A stretch of 64,000 nucleotides of DNA from Cenococcum geophilum (lineage: Eukaryota): positions 6,820,001-6,884,000 of the forward strand of contig CP158635.1 of the NCBI GenBank assembly GCA_050273025.1, given 5' to 3'. Made by a program: the position numbers and the translations under genes. Shown piece by piece: positions 51,646 through 62,758 of this stretch. Each line of letters begins with the position of its first letter. Position 1 is the stretch's first letter. Below the pieces are notes generated by a model. That model was not told where the DNA came from and made no database searches. It saw nothing but the letters and a program-made list of their open reading frames with translations.

Positions 51646-52297
51646 ATGCGCTTTCCTTCCATCCAAGCCATCATCTACACTCTACACACTTTCTCGAACA
51701 CTACAAGCCGCCGCTTTCCCTATATCCGAGGCAGCACGCTTTACCCCGCACCTCGAATTACAGTCCTCAGGTCTATGCCTACGATCCCATTCATCAGCTC
51801 TCTCTTCAGCAGTTCCTCAGACAAGATGTCAAGCCAGGATTTTCCCGTCCAGAAGACGAAGGGCGAATGGCAAGCAGTTCTCAGCAAAGGCAAGCCCCAA
51901 ACCCTACCTTGAAGCCTATATAAAATCCTGACATTAATACCCAGAGCAATTCCATATTCTCCGCGAGAAGGGTACCGAAATGAAGAGCACAGGGAAATAT
52001 GACAAGCACTATCCATCAAGCGGCGTTTACTCCTGCGTCGGCTGCGACGCGCCCCTCTACCGTGCTTCGCACAAGTTCAACTCTGGTTGCGGTTGGCCTG
52101 CCTTCTTCGACGCTATCCCTGGAGCTATAAAGGAAGGGGAGGACGGGTCACGGACGGAGATAATGTGTGCGAATTGTGGGGGCCACTTGGGACATATTTT
52201 TAAGGGGGAAAAGTTCGATACGCCGACGGACGCGAGACATTGTGTGAATAGCGTGAGCATCAACTTCAGTCCGGATGAGCAGGCAAGTGGGGCGTAA
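51646..52297 (+). CDS. msrB: Peptide methionine-R-sulfoxide reductase MsrB (SelR family), 198 aa, 2 exons
   Basis: Exon 1 51646-51889, GC-AG intron 51890-51944, exon 2 51945-52297. The spliced product reads [20 protein letters not shown], with two CxxC pairs, [15 protein letters not shown] and RHCVNS. Confidence 0.95.
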
Positions 52298-53148
52298 GAA
52301 GTGTATTGTTGGAATTGTAAGATGGTTTGAAGAGGAGCATATTTTTTGGTTGATCGTGGGTTTGCAGAGGAACATTTGTAAATGGCAGGGCATGAGAATG
52401 AGGATATGATGTTGGCACGAATTAGGTCTTTTGACTCGTTTTAGTGTTGCACAATTTATTCTGACATAAAGCGAAGCGGAACGTCAGATGTAAATCGTTG
52501 TCACATCACCGTTCGTTTGCTCGTTCGCGTAGTTGCTTGCTTCTGAAGTCTTTTATTAAGAAATCTATGTCTATGAAGTAGTGAAGACACCCCCATGCCC
52601 ATTGAGTGTAAAGAAATGTGTGCAGTGTCTCATTGAGCATGCTAGGACCAAGATGAGACAATCTATCTCGATACAAAGCTCGAGTCATCGTCCACCGCTG
52701 TGGCGAAGGGCTTGACGCAACCTATACTTCGTACCAATCGTTAATCCATGAAAGCATATCTGTCGTTCGCATAAAAGAAAAACCCATAGTTCGCCGCTTC
52801 AGAAACCAAAAATGTACTCTCTACTTGTTTGTCAAAATGGAAACCCAAAAAAAAAAACCGATTGCGAGCCGAATTGAATACCGTCGCGTATATGGCACCA
52901 TAGCTGACCATGATACTAAGTTGACGGTAGATTCTTAACTTTTTTCTAACGACTCGACTATTTTTCTTGTCTTGCTAATACGTTTTCTATAAGTCTTAAG
53001 TTTTCGAATGTGCCTCGTTCAATCTCCATGGTTCTTCCGTGCGGAATTTTCTTGAACCTTCCGTCCCTAATACCCTCATCTCAAGTCTCTTCCTTCCCTT
53101 AACGGGGATCCTTCGATTTTTCCTTACCATATCTTTAGACTTGAGAAC

Positions 53149-55128
53149 TCAACTCCCCCCTCTCACAGTCTTGTTCACTTGTTCTCTTTCTTCTCCTTCT
53201 AGTAATATTTCATGACCATCTCCCTCTTTAACGAACGTCCCAGCAATCGATCCTATGATTGCAATCCCGGCAATGAACCACCACGCCATCCCCACAACTC
53301 CGATCTTCAAGCCGCGACCAAATATCCACCCGCCAAGAATCGGGCCGACAGTCCTTGTCGCAGACGACACGCTCTGTCCAAGGCCATGAACAGTCCCTAG
53401 CACGCTAGGGTGCGGACAGCAGTTGTTCACGAGAATCGCAGTGGCCGGTAAAGCGAAGGTGCGTGCAAGGACTTGAATGAAGAGGATTCCCGTGATACCT
53501 GCCCACACGAGAATGCCTGCGACCGGGTAGGGCGCCTTGGTGGTTGAGGGGATCAGCGAAAGATAAGGCGCGAGAATGTATGCAAACGGAAAGAGCAAGA
53601 GGGAAAGCCGGTACGACAGAGCAGTTCCTAGTCTATGGCTGAGCTGCGGGTACAGTAGCAATTGCAATGTGATTCCGATAACTCCAAGAATTGCGAGCGC
53701 TAAACCGATGCGTGGTGGTGGGAGAGATAGGCCTCCGGTAAAATGGATAGGGCCGCGCTGGACATAGTTTAGGTGGTCGGGATGTGAAGGGTCGAACCGC
53801 GGCGTGGACAGGTAGATGTACCAGAGGCTGTTGAAGGTGCCGACATGCATGGCTAGGAGACCATGGGCAATGAGAGTGGTGATGACATTGCGAGTCCAGA
53901 TGCGGCGGAGAGGAAGCTTGCGTCTGCGAATAGGTAAGATGGGTTTATCAGAAAGCTGACCTGTCCGTGAAGTAGCGGATGTGGGAGTTGGCTGAAGCTC
54001 TAGGTCTGTAGAGAGACGCTCGGGAGCAAAACTATCGTCTCCAGGGAGAGCATTATAATCGTGTGATCTAGCTCCGCCGCAAAGTTTTCTGCGCAACCAT
54101 TTGCCAAAGCGGAGACCATAGTCGGGCCGTTGCTTCAGGATTTCGTCGGTTTCCTCAAGACCAAGAATAACAGCGCAAGCGGACGCGAAGAGGAAGATGG
54201 CACTCATGAGATTCGGGAGCGCGTATGGCCATTTGGTCATCCAATATACTCCATTTTTGCCGCCGAGTAATGAGTCAGGACCGAAAACGGATGGGTAACT
54301 CCCGACTGGATCAGCCAAAAGTCCACCAAGAACAGGACCAACGATAACTCCGATGTTAAAAGTCATTGGAAGAATAAGGAAAGCCCTAGACTGATATTTC
54401 TTTTCTTTGATAATCTCTGCAACCATTGTTCTCATGACTCCGATGTTTCCGTTTAATGCGCCGCCTAGGCATCGAAAAATGGTGGCGCTTGTGAAGCTTC
54501 TCGAAAAGCCAAAGCCTATCACGGAAAATGTAGTTCCTAACAGGCCAACTAACAAGACTCTTTTTCTCCCTCCCCATTCTGAATCGGAAATTCGGCCCCA
54601 CAACATGGCAGTTAGAAATTGCGAGCCCGGGAATGCTGCCTGCAGGATTCCTGCTTGAGAAGCAATAGTGGAATCCGAAAGGGAAGAATCAAATGATTTA
54701 AGCTGGTAGAAGAGGTACGCGCCGAGAGAAGTTTGAGTCAACGGCTCTGAAAGCCTTGCCAAGGTGAGAATGAGCAGCTGGTCCTTTCGAGGAAGTGAGG
54801 ACCATGTCACCGGTTTTTCTTTTGCAGCAGGCGCCTGCTCGCCTTCATCAATATGGGGTGATGCTGTTCCGGCTTGAATGCTAGTATTAAGGAGAAGGGT
54901 TTGTTCGTTTGGCCACCGCCCACGAGAATTGGCGGCGTCTATCTTCTCATCACTTGAAGATTGACTGCTTGAGTCGGAACTGTGCACCTTGGGGTAAATA
55001 TTTCCACCATCATGCAAGTATTCTTTTGAAGAATTGGTGCTCGTTACTACTGATTCGGGTTTTTGGGAATTCTTTGATGATGTTGAAGAGCTTGCAAGGC
55101 TGTCGCGTGCTTCATTTTCGGAGATCAT
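53149..55128 (-). CDS. Major facilitator superfamily transporter (YCR023C/ZIFL-like), 659 aa, single exon
   Basis: Long ORF with first ATG at 55128. MFS motif A WGRISDSEWGGRKRVLL, GALNGNIGV, G..VGPVLGG, and about 12 hydrophobic segments. Confidence 0.93.
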   Translation of the reverse strand: MISENEARDSLASSSTSSKNSQKPESVVTSTNSSKEYLHDGGNIYPKVHSSDSSSQSSSDEKIDAANSRGRWPNEQTLLLNTSIQAGTASPHIDEGEQAPAAKEKPVTWSSLPRKDQLLILTLARLSEPLTQTSLGAYLFYQLKSFDSSLSDSTIASQAGILQAAFPGSQFLTAMLWGRISDSEWGGRKRVLLVGLLGTTFSVIGFGFSRSFTSATIFRCLGGALNGNIGVMRTMVAEIIKEKKYQSRAFLILPMTFNIGVIVGPVLGGLLADPVGSYPSVFGPDSLLGGKNGVYWMTKWPYALPNLMSAIFLFASACAVILGLEETDEILKQRPDYGLRFGKWLRRKLCGGARSHDYNALPGDDSFAPERLSTDLELQPTPTSATSRTGQLSDKPILPIRRRKLPLRRIWTRNVITTLIAHGLLAMHVGTFNSLWYIYLSTPRFDPSHPDHLNYVQRGPIHFTGGLSLPPPRIGLALAILGVIGITLQLLLYPQLSHRLGTALSYRLSLLLFPFAYILAPYLSLIPSTTKAPYPVAGILVWAGITGILFIQVLARTFALPATAILVNNCCPHPSVLGTVHGLGQSVSSATRTVGPILGGWIFGRGLKIGVVGMAWWFIAGIAIIGSIAGTFVKEGDGHEILLEGEEREQVNKTVRGGS

Positions 55129-55560
55129 CAACGATTAGGGTGGAGGACCGGGGGGGCTGATAAGATTCTGATAAGATAGAAGCAGAGTGTAGGTAAAAGC
55201 TGGGGTTGGGAGGGGCGTCTAGAAGAAGTGAAAGAGATGTGAAAGAGAAATGAAGTGAGAGAAGTGTACAGAATTGAGCTAGAAAGCGGAGAATGTGCCA
55301 TGATTGGACTTGGGAGAAAATCGCCCGTTGCCTTCGAATGGGCCAGTAGGTTTCGCTGGCGGACTGGTGAAAAAGAGATGCAGCGTTGAATGCCGAGAGA
55401 GCCGTGATGCCAACGAGACACTCTTGTCATAATCAAAATCAACCCCAAAATTGACCTAAATCTACCCTATTATATAAATACGCTATAATTTATTAATAAT
55501 TCCTTCTAAACCTCCTTTATAAAGGTAATAACCCATATAATATAGCCTTCCTTTTCTTTA

Positions 55561-55770
55561 CTGTCAGGTGACAGAGTCACCTCACTTTGTTCCGCACAGC
55601 CGTGCCTAGCATCTTGCCAGTTGTTCGCTTACCTTTTGCGATGGCTGGGTGGAGCTTGTTGTGAGGTGACAAGCTCCGCACCACTCAGAGGTAAGCAAGT
55701 GACTGGCAAGACGCCAGGCACGGCTATGCGGAACAATATATATAAGCGAGGTGACTTCGTCACCTAATAC
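55561..55770. mobile_element. Foldback MITE-like element (~210 bp) upstream of the MFS gene
   Basis: Arms ctgtcaggtgac..gtcacctcac..ttgttccgcacagccgtgcctagcatcttgccagt and actggcaagacgccaggcacggctatgcggaacaa..gaggtgac..gtcacctaata are complementary. A similar terminus gtcacctaatag ends at ~56694. Confidence 0.7.
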
Positions 55771-55988
55771 TTGTCACGTCATATTTACCCTAACCTCTTT
55801 CTACCTCTTTTAAAGCTTTTCCTTATTCATCTTTTATATCTCTATTACTAATAGAACTTATACCTTCTTATAGGTAACTTTTATCTTACTATAATACCCC
55901 TTCTTCTATCTTTTAAGAAGCTTTTAATTTATTCGCCTAAGAATTATATTATTAGCTCTTGTATTTAATATAAACTACTAAACATTAC

Positions 55989-56398
55989 TCTTCTGCAATC
56001 ACCGTATGGCAAGAGACCAGCGATTCGCTAGGGCGGGTACAAATAATATTACCCAAATGCTTTCCACAAGTAGGGGCCTACGTGCAGCAGCACAATGGCT
56101 TATAGGTCAAGAAGTCCTCCAGCAGTTCTAGACAGCATATGAGATCCAACAGGAGGACACGCCCCCTTCCAGACCCTCCTACTACCCCCTAGACCTTCTA
56201 AGATACCTTGGAAGCATGGTATGAAGGGCAGACATTTTATAAAGATAAATAGGCTAGGCGAAGGCAGAGCGCGTAAGACTAGCTAAAAGGACATACCTAG
56301 GTTTTTCCCTTGCTAGGGGTTTTTCCTGTAAATAGAAGGTAGAAGCCTAAATGGACCTAGAAAAGGGACCGAATCGGGCAATAAATAGAACTAATAAT
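55989..56398 (+). mobile_element. 5'-truncated LINE (Tad1-like) 3' end
   Basis: Encodes an ORF2 C-terminus-like ...QMLSTSRGLRAAAQWLIGQEVLQQF, followed by AATAAA and a TAA-repeat tail. Flanked by a ~16-bp TSD aactactaaacattac / aactactaaatattac. Confidence 0.75.
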
Positions 56399-57640
56399 AA
56401 CTACTAAATATTACGTATAACTTTAGAACGGAAAGGAAATATACTTTATAAGAGCTACCTAAATATTTTAGTAAGTCTCTCCTCTATAGAAAGAGACACG
56501 GGTATATTGAATTAGTAGCTATTCTTATCTATAAAAGTTATATAGAAAGGCGTCGTGTAAAGTGGCGCTCTAGGCTACTTAGCTAACCGAATAAACTAAA
56601 CGAGTATCTAGCACACTACTAGATACACTACGTAGAGCAATATATAACGCTGGTGCAGGCCGGGAGCTTCGGTTGCGGACTCCGTCACCTAATAGGTCGT
56701 TAGTCGAATCTTTTTTAAAATAACTAAAAGGTTGAACAGTAGAAGGCGAGCTACTTGTTATATTATTTAGTAATATAGCTTTATATTATACAGCTTAGTA
56801 ATACTTAAGGAACTTAGGCTTAGTAATATTAGCAGCTCTATAGAAGGTAAAGTCGTAGAGGCGCTTCTAATAGGCCTTTACTAAGGGCTAAATATACTAA
56901 TATCCAGGGATTAAAAGTAAGTGTGTCGAATAAGGTTGTAGATAGAGAGAGATAATTTTATAAGCCTTATCATACTTAGCGAACTACATTAACACGTGGC
57001 TCTTATATCTATTAAGAAGTAATAAGCGATAGATCCCCTGAAGGCGCCTCCACGTCGCCTGATAGGCTAAAAAGACGGCGGTATTCGCGAATCTATCGCG
57101 ACTGTGGCGGGACCCTATAAATAATCTTACGGGTGCGCACGTGGGCGAGCCGACCGGACGGACTTTTAAAATGCATCAAATATAACGTGACCGTTATCCA
57201 GTGATCTTTTGATATCTGTGTTTATCTTTTAGCGCACCAAGGTAAATAGTTGTATATCTATGGTATTCCAATGTAATGGCTATTTGAACGTCAATCGCAA
57301 GTGTGGCGCTTATCCTGGTCCAAGAAGGCCTGGTTGGATAAGCCCCCGTATCGTTTTCGGCTTGGTGCCCAAAGGCAGCATGTGGCGCATGCCAAGGTGA
57401 GCTGAGTCCCTCGAGTCGCTCGAATCTCTTCTTATTTCTTTAAGTATGCTGCGGGGTAAGATTTATCTGTTACGTTTCTTATGAGCATCAACGACTGATC
57501 TGTGAGTGTTTTGCCAAGTATTGCACGATAGGGCGAAGTGTTGCTTTCACTAGGAACCTTAAATTTTATAGCATCTAACGACTTTTCAAAACCCAATTCA
57601 TTCTAGCGATTCATCATAGTCTCTATTTCTTTCAAACACT

Positions 57641-59982
57641 ATGTCATGGAACGCAGCCGATACGTTCTAGGTGCCGGAGGGGACGACTTTAACTCTGCAT
57701 AATGGATTAAAACTTCCTGACGCTCAAGTTCCTGAAGCAGGTGAGTAACACCGAATGTATGGCTCCGTAGCCTTTAAACTGATTTCATCTTCCTCGTGAA
57801 GGGTCAGTTGCCATTGGATGTGGAATGTCGGGTTGTACCGACTGTCGAATTGTTACCTCCAAAGGGGCCACACTTATGACATTGAGACCGTCTGGCAACG
57901 TCGAATCCTATACTCCAGGGAAGCCTTTGAAAATCAGCCGTCGCAATCTTATTGAGTCTTGTCAGCCAAGCCAGATACTTGAGGGAGAGTTCTGCAGGCG
58001 GCCCGTGTGCGCAGTCTGTGCGAAACTTAACATATCTAGATTGACTGCAGGAAAGACCGACATACCTCATCATGCCACGTTTGATGCTTTACGAGAATCT
58101 GCCGCACACTGCCCGCTCTGCGCGCTGTTCTTGAATTCTCTCCTAGAGCCGGAGTCGTTTCAGCCGGATGATAAGCGGAGCTTGGTAGTACGCGGCAGCG
58201 CAAAGTGCCTCACCATTGCATTTCCATGCATTGAGAAAGAGCGCGAAAACATAACTGCTGAGAGATGTAGTGATTTACAGCTATTTATTGACTATGGTAA
58301 GTACCCCGACGCATGAATGAGCGCATGTGCATGCTTACAACAGCGGAAGCCGACGCCAGTGACCAAGTCCTATCCAAAATAAGTGGAAGAATAATTCGTC
58401 CAGCAGAGGATATTTCAACGGCACAAGCTTGGCTTGATGACTGCATGGCTAATCACAGCGAATGTCGCGTAAAAAGATTGCCGGCTGCAGGCGGCGGCGA
58501 GATAGAGCAGAAGCCGTTTTTTCCAACTAGGTTGATCGACGTAGGCCCCAAAGATGGGTCCCAGGAACCATTTTTGGAAGAGAGCGAGCACCGCAGAGGT
58601 GCCTACTTGACATTGTCCTATCGGTGGGGTGGCCCCGAGTCAGTAACGCAAACTACACAAGCGACAATTACGGATTATAAGAGACGACTCATGTTTAGTT
58701 CTCTGTGTAAGACCTTCCAAGATGCTGTGACAGTAACCCGGAAGCTACGCCAGAGATATCTTTGGATTGACAGTATTTGTATAATCCAGGATTCTCCCGA
58801 AGATAAAGCGCAAGAGTTGGCAAAAATGGCTGATATTTATGAGAACGCTCTACTCACGATATCCGCATCGATCTCAACATCCGGCACCAGCGGCGCGTTC
58901 TATCCAAGAACTACAATCAACATGGTGGCAGTTCCTCTTATAAACAACCCCGGGGGAGGAACTGGATCATTTGTATCTGACCGCATCCTCTCAACATTTG
59001 AAGAAGACGTCCTTACAGGATCCTTAAGCGCACGAGGCTGGTGTCTACAAGAACGGATACTCCCGCGCAGGATCCTACACTTCGGACGAGATCAATCGCA
59101 CTGGGAATGCTCAGCCGGGATCCTCAGCGAGAACTCCTCAGAGCGCCGCACGCGGGCCCAGTTCACCGCTAAGGACGACGCAGGCGACATGCGGCAGCGG
59201 CTAGCATCTGACGGTCCGCTCTGGGAACCTTCCAGCCACGCTGTGACCTCGCGCGAGCCGCACGGGAGCTGGTATCGGATGGTCGAGACGTACACGAAGC
59301 GGCAGCTCACCGAAGGGACGGACAAGCTACCCGCGCTTTCAGGCGTAGCGCGCCGCTTCGCCGCCGCCATCTGCAACGACGCCTACATCAGCGGGCTCTG
59401 GGCGAACGACCTGCCAGCAGGCCTGATGTGGAGCGCGACGGGCTTCCTGACCCCCTACGGCACGCAAGGCCACCTCCTCCCGCGCCCCGCGCAGCCCCGC
59501 GCAGCCCCGCGCAGCCCCGCGCGCCCACCTGGAGCTGGGCCAGCGTCGATGGCGCCGTCCACTACCCCTGCTCGCCTTTCGACCACATCCACCTCGAGGC
59601 GCCTGCCATCTACAACCACCCCGTCGGCCCGGACCCCTTCGGCGCCGTCGACTTCGGCATGTTCGAGATCACGGGCCATGTGCGTGCGCTGGATACCATG
59701 TTTGGTTTCCGCAAGGAGGATGCTGAGCAGATGGAGGAGGCCGCGCGCCGTATCCCACCGATTGACCTCATTCGCGCTGACTATGACGACCCGGAGACAG
59801 CGCCGCTGGTGCCGGTCGTGTGCTTGCTGGTGGCGACGCGTGCGCCGGGCGGGCCCGCGCTCGGGTATGGATTGCTGCTGCATTATATCGAGGCGCAGGG
59901 CGCGTTTAGGAGGGTTGGGCTGGCGCAGGTGTGGCCGGGGGATTTTGTGCGGGTCGAGAAGATTAGGATTAAGATTATTTGA
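57641..59982 (+). pseudogene. Heterokaryon-incompatibility (HET domain) gene with an early nonsense codon and a late frameshift
   Basis: Predicted exons 57641-57740, 57802-58296 and 58344-59982 with GT-AG introns. HET motifs PTRLIDV, YLTLSYRWG, TFQDAV.VTR.L..RYLWIDSICIIQD, MADIYENA.LTISA, LSARGWCLQERIL and DKLPALSGVA. The conserved APTWSWAS is in a different frame after the repeat at 59491-59520. In-frame TAG at 57668-57670. Confidence 0.82.
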
Positions 59983-60678
59983 GGGGAAGGGATGGTTTTG
60001 AGGCCATGTGGGTGGAGAAGTTAATATTCGATTTCTCGTCTCATATATTTGCTGCAAGGATTGGTGAGGCTTTTCTTTTCATATACCCGTGTTGCCATCT
60101 TTCTTATGTACACCTAGTTCTTGGCTTAGTCTGGTTTTCGATCTCCGGGTCGAAAATCTCCGAGTCGAAATACGCTCATTGAAAGCGAATTTCATAAAAT
60201 CCGAAACACATAATAGCAGATATTGGAGAAAGGTGAAAGGAGAGCACGCAGCTCACTGGACAAAGGTGAGTTCTCACATGACGTTAAAGACAGGTTGGAA
60301 GACCTGAGCGCAAGGTGAGTATCTAGAATGTTGAACGAGCTGAGCATGATTGATACCTTGGCAAAGCAACACGACTGACGAAATGAAATGCCAAGACGCC
60401 ACTTTCTCATGCTAGTATGTCGGGCCAGAACCCAAGCTACTCAGGCTACAACCTGCATCCTTAAACGGATATGGAATGACGCAGAAGAGCTTTATGCCGC
60501 TCTGCTCCGCGCCTCCCCTATTGGTAATATAAATTTCCAAAGCACACTCTAGCCACTGTCTATCCTGATGGTTTGTGTCCGGCCTCTCCCGAGAAATCTT
60601 CCCCAACTCCAGTAGTGACCCAACACGAACCCTCCCAGAGCTTGACAAAATAATGTAGCCTCCCAATGCTAGTTCTAA

Positions 60679-61383
60679 TTAGGCACTTTCGCCGTTCCCG
60701 CTCACATGCTCATTCCCGCTCCCATTCCCATTCACTCTAGCATCATTCTTCTCGTACCTAGAAGCTCTCCGCTCCTCGAGCAGTTCCTCAATGTGTGCAT
60801 TCAACCAATAATTGCTCAGATCCTTTTCGCTCATATCCCTCGCCCCCGTAATTTGACCCCTGCACACACTCTCGCCGCACCGGCACTCAAACGGCTGCGC
60901 CATGTGCCACTCGGTGCTCGGGTAAAAGTTCGTGAGCTCCTCGCCAGCACGCAACCCGTCGGCCTTGCCGGCCACGACGCGGATCTCCCAGCGCGCCATG
61001 TCGAACTCGAGCGACGGCCGGCACGAGTGGTTTATGTAGACCAGGTCGGAGTTCAACTCGACGTGCAGGTCGCGTGTCGCTTGTACGCTTGAGTAGGCGC
61101 TGACGGACGGGGTCGGGGCCGTGATGCGCGCGAAGAGGGCGCCGGCGGGGAGGGAGACGAGGGATACGGCCCGCGAGGCGAAGGAGCCGGGGGTGTGCTC
61201 GACGCGGAGGAGGCGCGAGAGGTCGGGTTGGACCCAGGCGGGAATGAGAGGGGATTTGGGAGTGGAGGTAGAGAGGGAGAAGGTTGTAGAGGGTGTGATG
61301 ATTGGTTTCGTGGAGGAGATGGGGTCGGCTTCGGTAGGGAATGATGGCAGAGGAGCTGCAGAAGTGATAGCGGCGGGTGACAT
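60679..61383 (-). CDS. Small SET/post-SET domain protein (putative lysine methyltransferase), 234 aa
   Basis: YINHSCRPS, GEELTNFYPSTEW and post-SET F.CRCG...CRG motifs; intact single-exon ORF. Confidence 0.9.
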   Translation of the reverse strand: MSPAAITSAAPLPSFPTEADPISSTKPIITPSTTFSLSTSTPKSPLIPAWVQPDLSRLLRVEHTPGSFASRAVSLVSLPAGALFARITAPTPSVSAYSSVQATRDLHVELNSDLVYINHSCRPSLEFDMARWEIRVVAGKADGLRAGEELTNFYPSTEWHMAQPFECRCGESVCRGQITGARDMSEKDLSNYWLNAHIEELLEERRASRYEKNDARVNGNGSGNEHVSGNGESA

Positions 61384-62758
61384 GTTAGTTTTGAGTTGGC
61401 TGAGTTGGTTAAATGAGGGCTGACTGGGTGAGTGTATACTGTGGTGCTTTGTGCTGGGGGAGTGCGGAAAGGCCGGAGTAGTAGCGCGGTGCTACACCTT
61501 GTGTTGGAAGGTTTACGAAAATAGGTAAAGCCAGGCTGAGTCTAGGTATGGAAGCGTAGCAGTTTCCTCAGGGTGAACAAGAAAGAGTGGCTGCAAAATG
61601 TGAGGATCTGTAGTATATAAATGCCCTCTCTTGCGCTAGGAATTGTACGGCAACTATTTAAGATCATGTATGTGGTTCCATATTCACACCTAGCTAGATT
61701 CTCAAGCTTGGTGGAGGTTACTGTTTCTTCCATACACCCGGATGACGAGGTAGAACCGTGCCTTCGGGCAGAATCGTTGCCGCTGCACGGCCCGAGGTTG
61801 TACCTAGCCATATTGCAAGCTTACTCTCTTTAGGTTGTCACATTCCCATCTATGCCTTAGTTAGTGTTTTGCTGACAGTCATGGGTGTCCTATCGGCTTG
61901 ACGATCCTGACATCCTGATAAGAGGTGCTGATGGTGAAGATGTGATTGCGATACTGACCCCTCCACACCCCTCGTACCCCACCATTTCTATTGCTGCATA
62001 CCAAGACATCTTTGAGGGGTTTGAAAATTCGGAGAATGCCGTCCGCAAAACACCAAAGGACCTGGCATGTGAAAGTCATGTTACGACAAAGAACTGTAAC
62101 ATTTTAATCTTCAAAGCTAAGCATTAATTATTCAAAGAGAATGCAAAAGCCTCTAATGGCCCAATAAATAATTATGATAGATGGCTAAAGCGATGGCGCA
62201 TATATATCACGTGAAATGAGTGGATTCCAAAAGCAGCAGTCGATAGGTATTAGTGTGCATACCTAAAATGGCTTTCCTCCAACTCAACGTTATACTATTT
62301 TGTCCCGTTTGCCTTAGACGTACGTCCTCTTGCCTCTCCTTGCAAATTGCCCCTGATGACATAAGGCGTTGGGGCCAATAACAGCCACATAAGCTTACTC
62401 TTTAACCATCTCATTGGCTGCGCAGCTGCACACTGATGCTTCATGCCGTCATGAAGTCCTGCACGGCATGCCGAAACCTTTGACGCGTCAACGAAGTTAC
62501 GGACGGTAAGATGGCTTGTTTCCTACGGTGATTCACGCGCATTGTGTAGCCAACAAGTGTGGCGATGCGCCTAAGCCAGCTACTTAAATCATAGGAAGAC
62601 GTCCTGCGGTGTGTTGAGCTGGCAGGCACGTCAACGATACATTATTATTTCCTCCTGGCACATCAATTTCGACATCCAACACCACTGTCGTCTTTAGAAA
62701 CGAGTTCTTGCGTTTTACAATCTACGACTGCTATAAGATAAATAATTTTGGTAGGGCC

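Noticed and set aside
59455..60057. 200-aa antisense ORF, and the + strand ORFs at 60706-61423
   Set aside because: Antisense shadows of GC-rich coding sequence (HET C-terminus and SET gene).
60180..60660. GTGAGT donor-like sites and short ORFs between the HET and SET genes
   Set aside because: No coherent reading frame could be assembled.
61621..62127. Two short + strand ORFs with a possible acceptor (gctgacag, ~61878)
   Set aside because: No recognisable domain and no convincing gene model; needs RNA-seq or homology.
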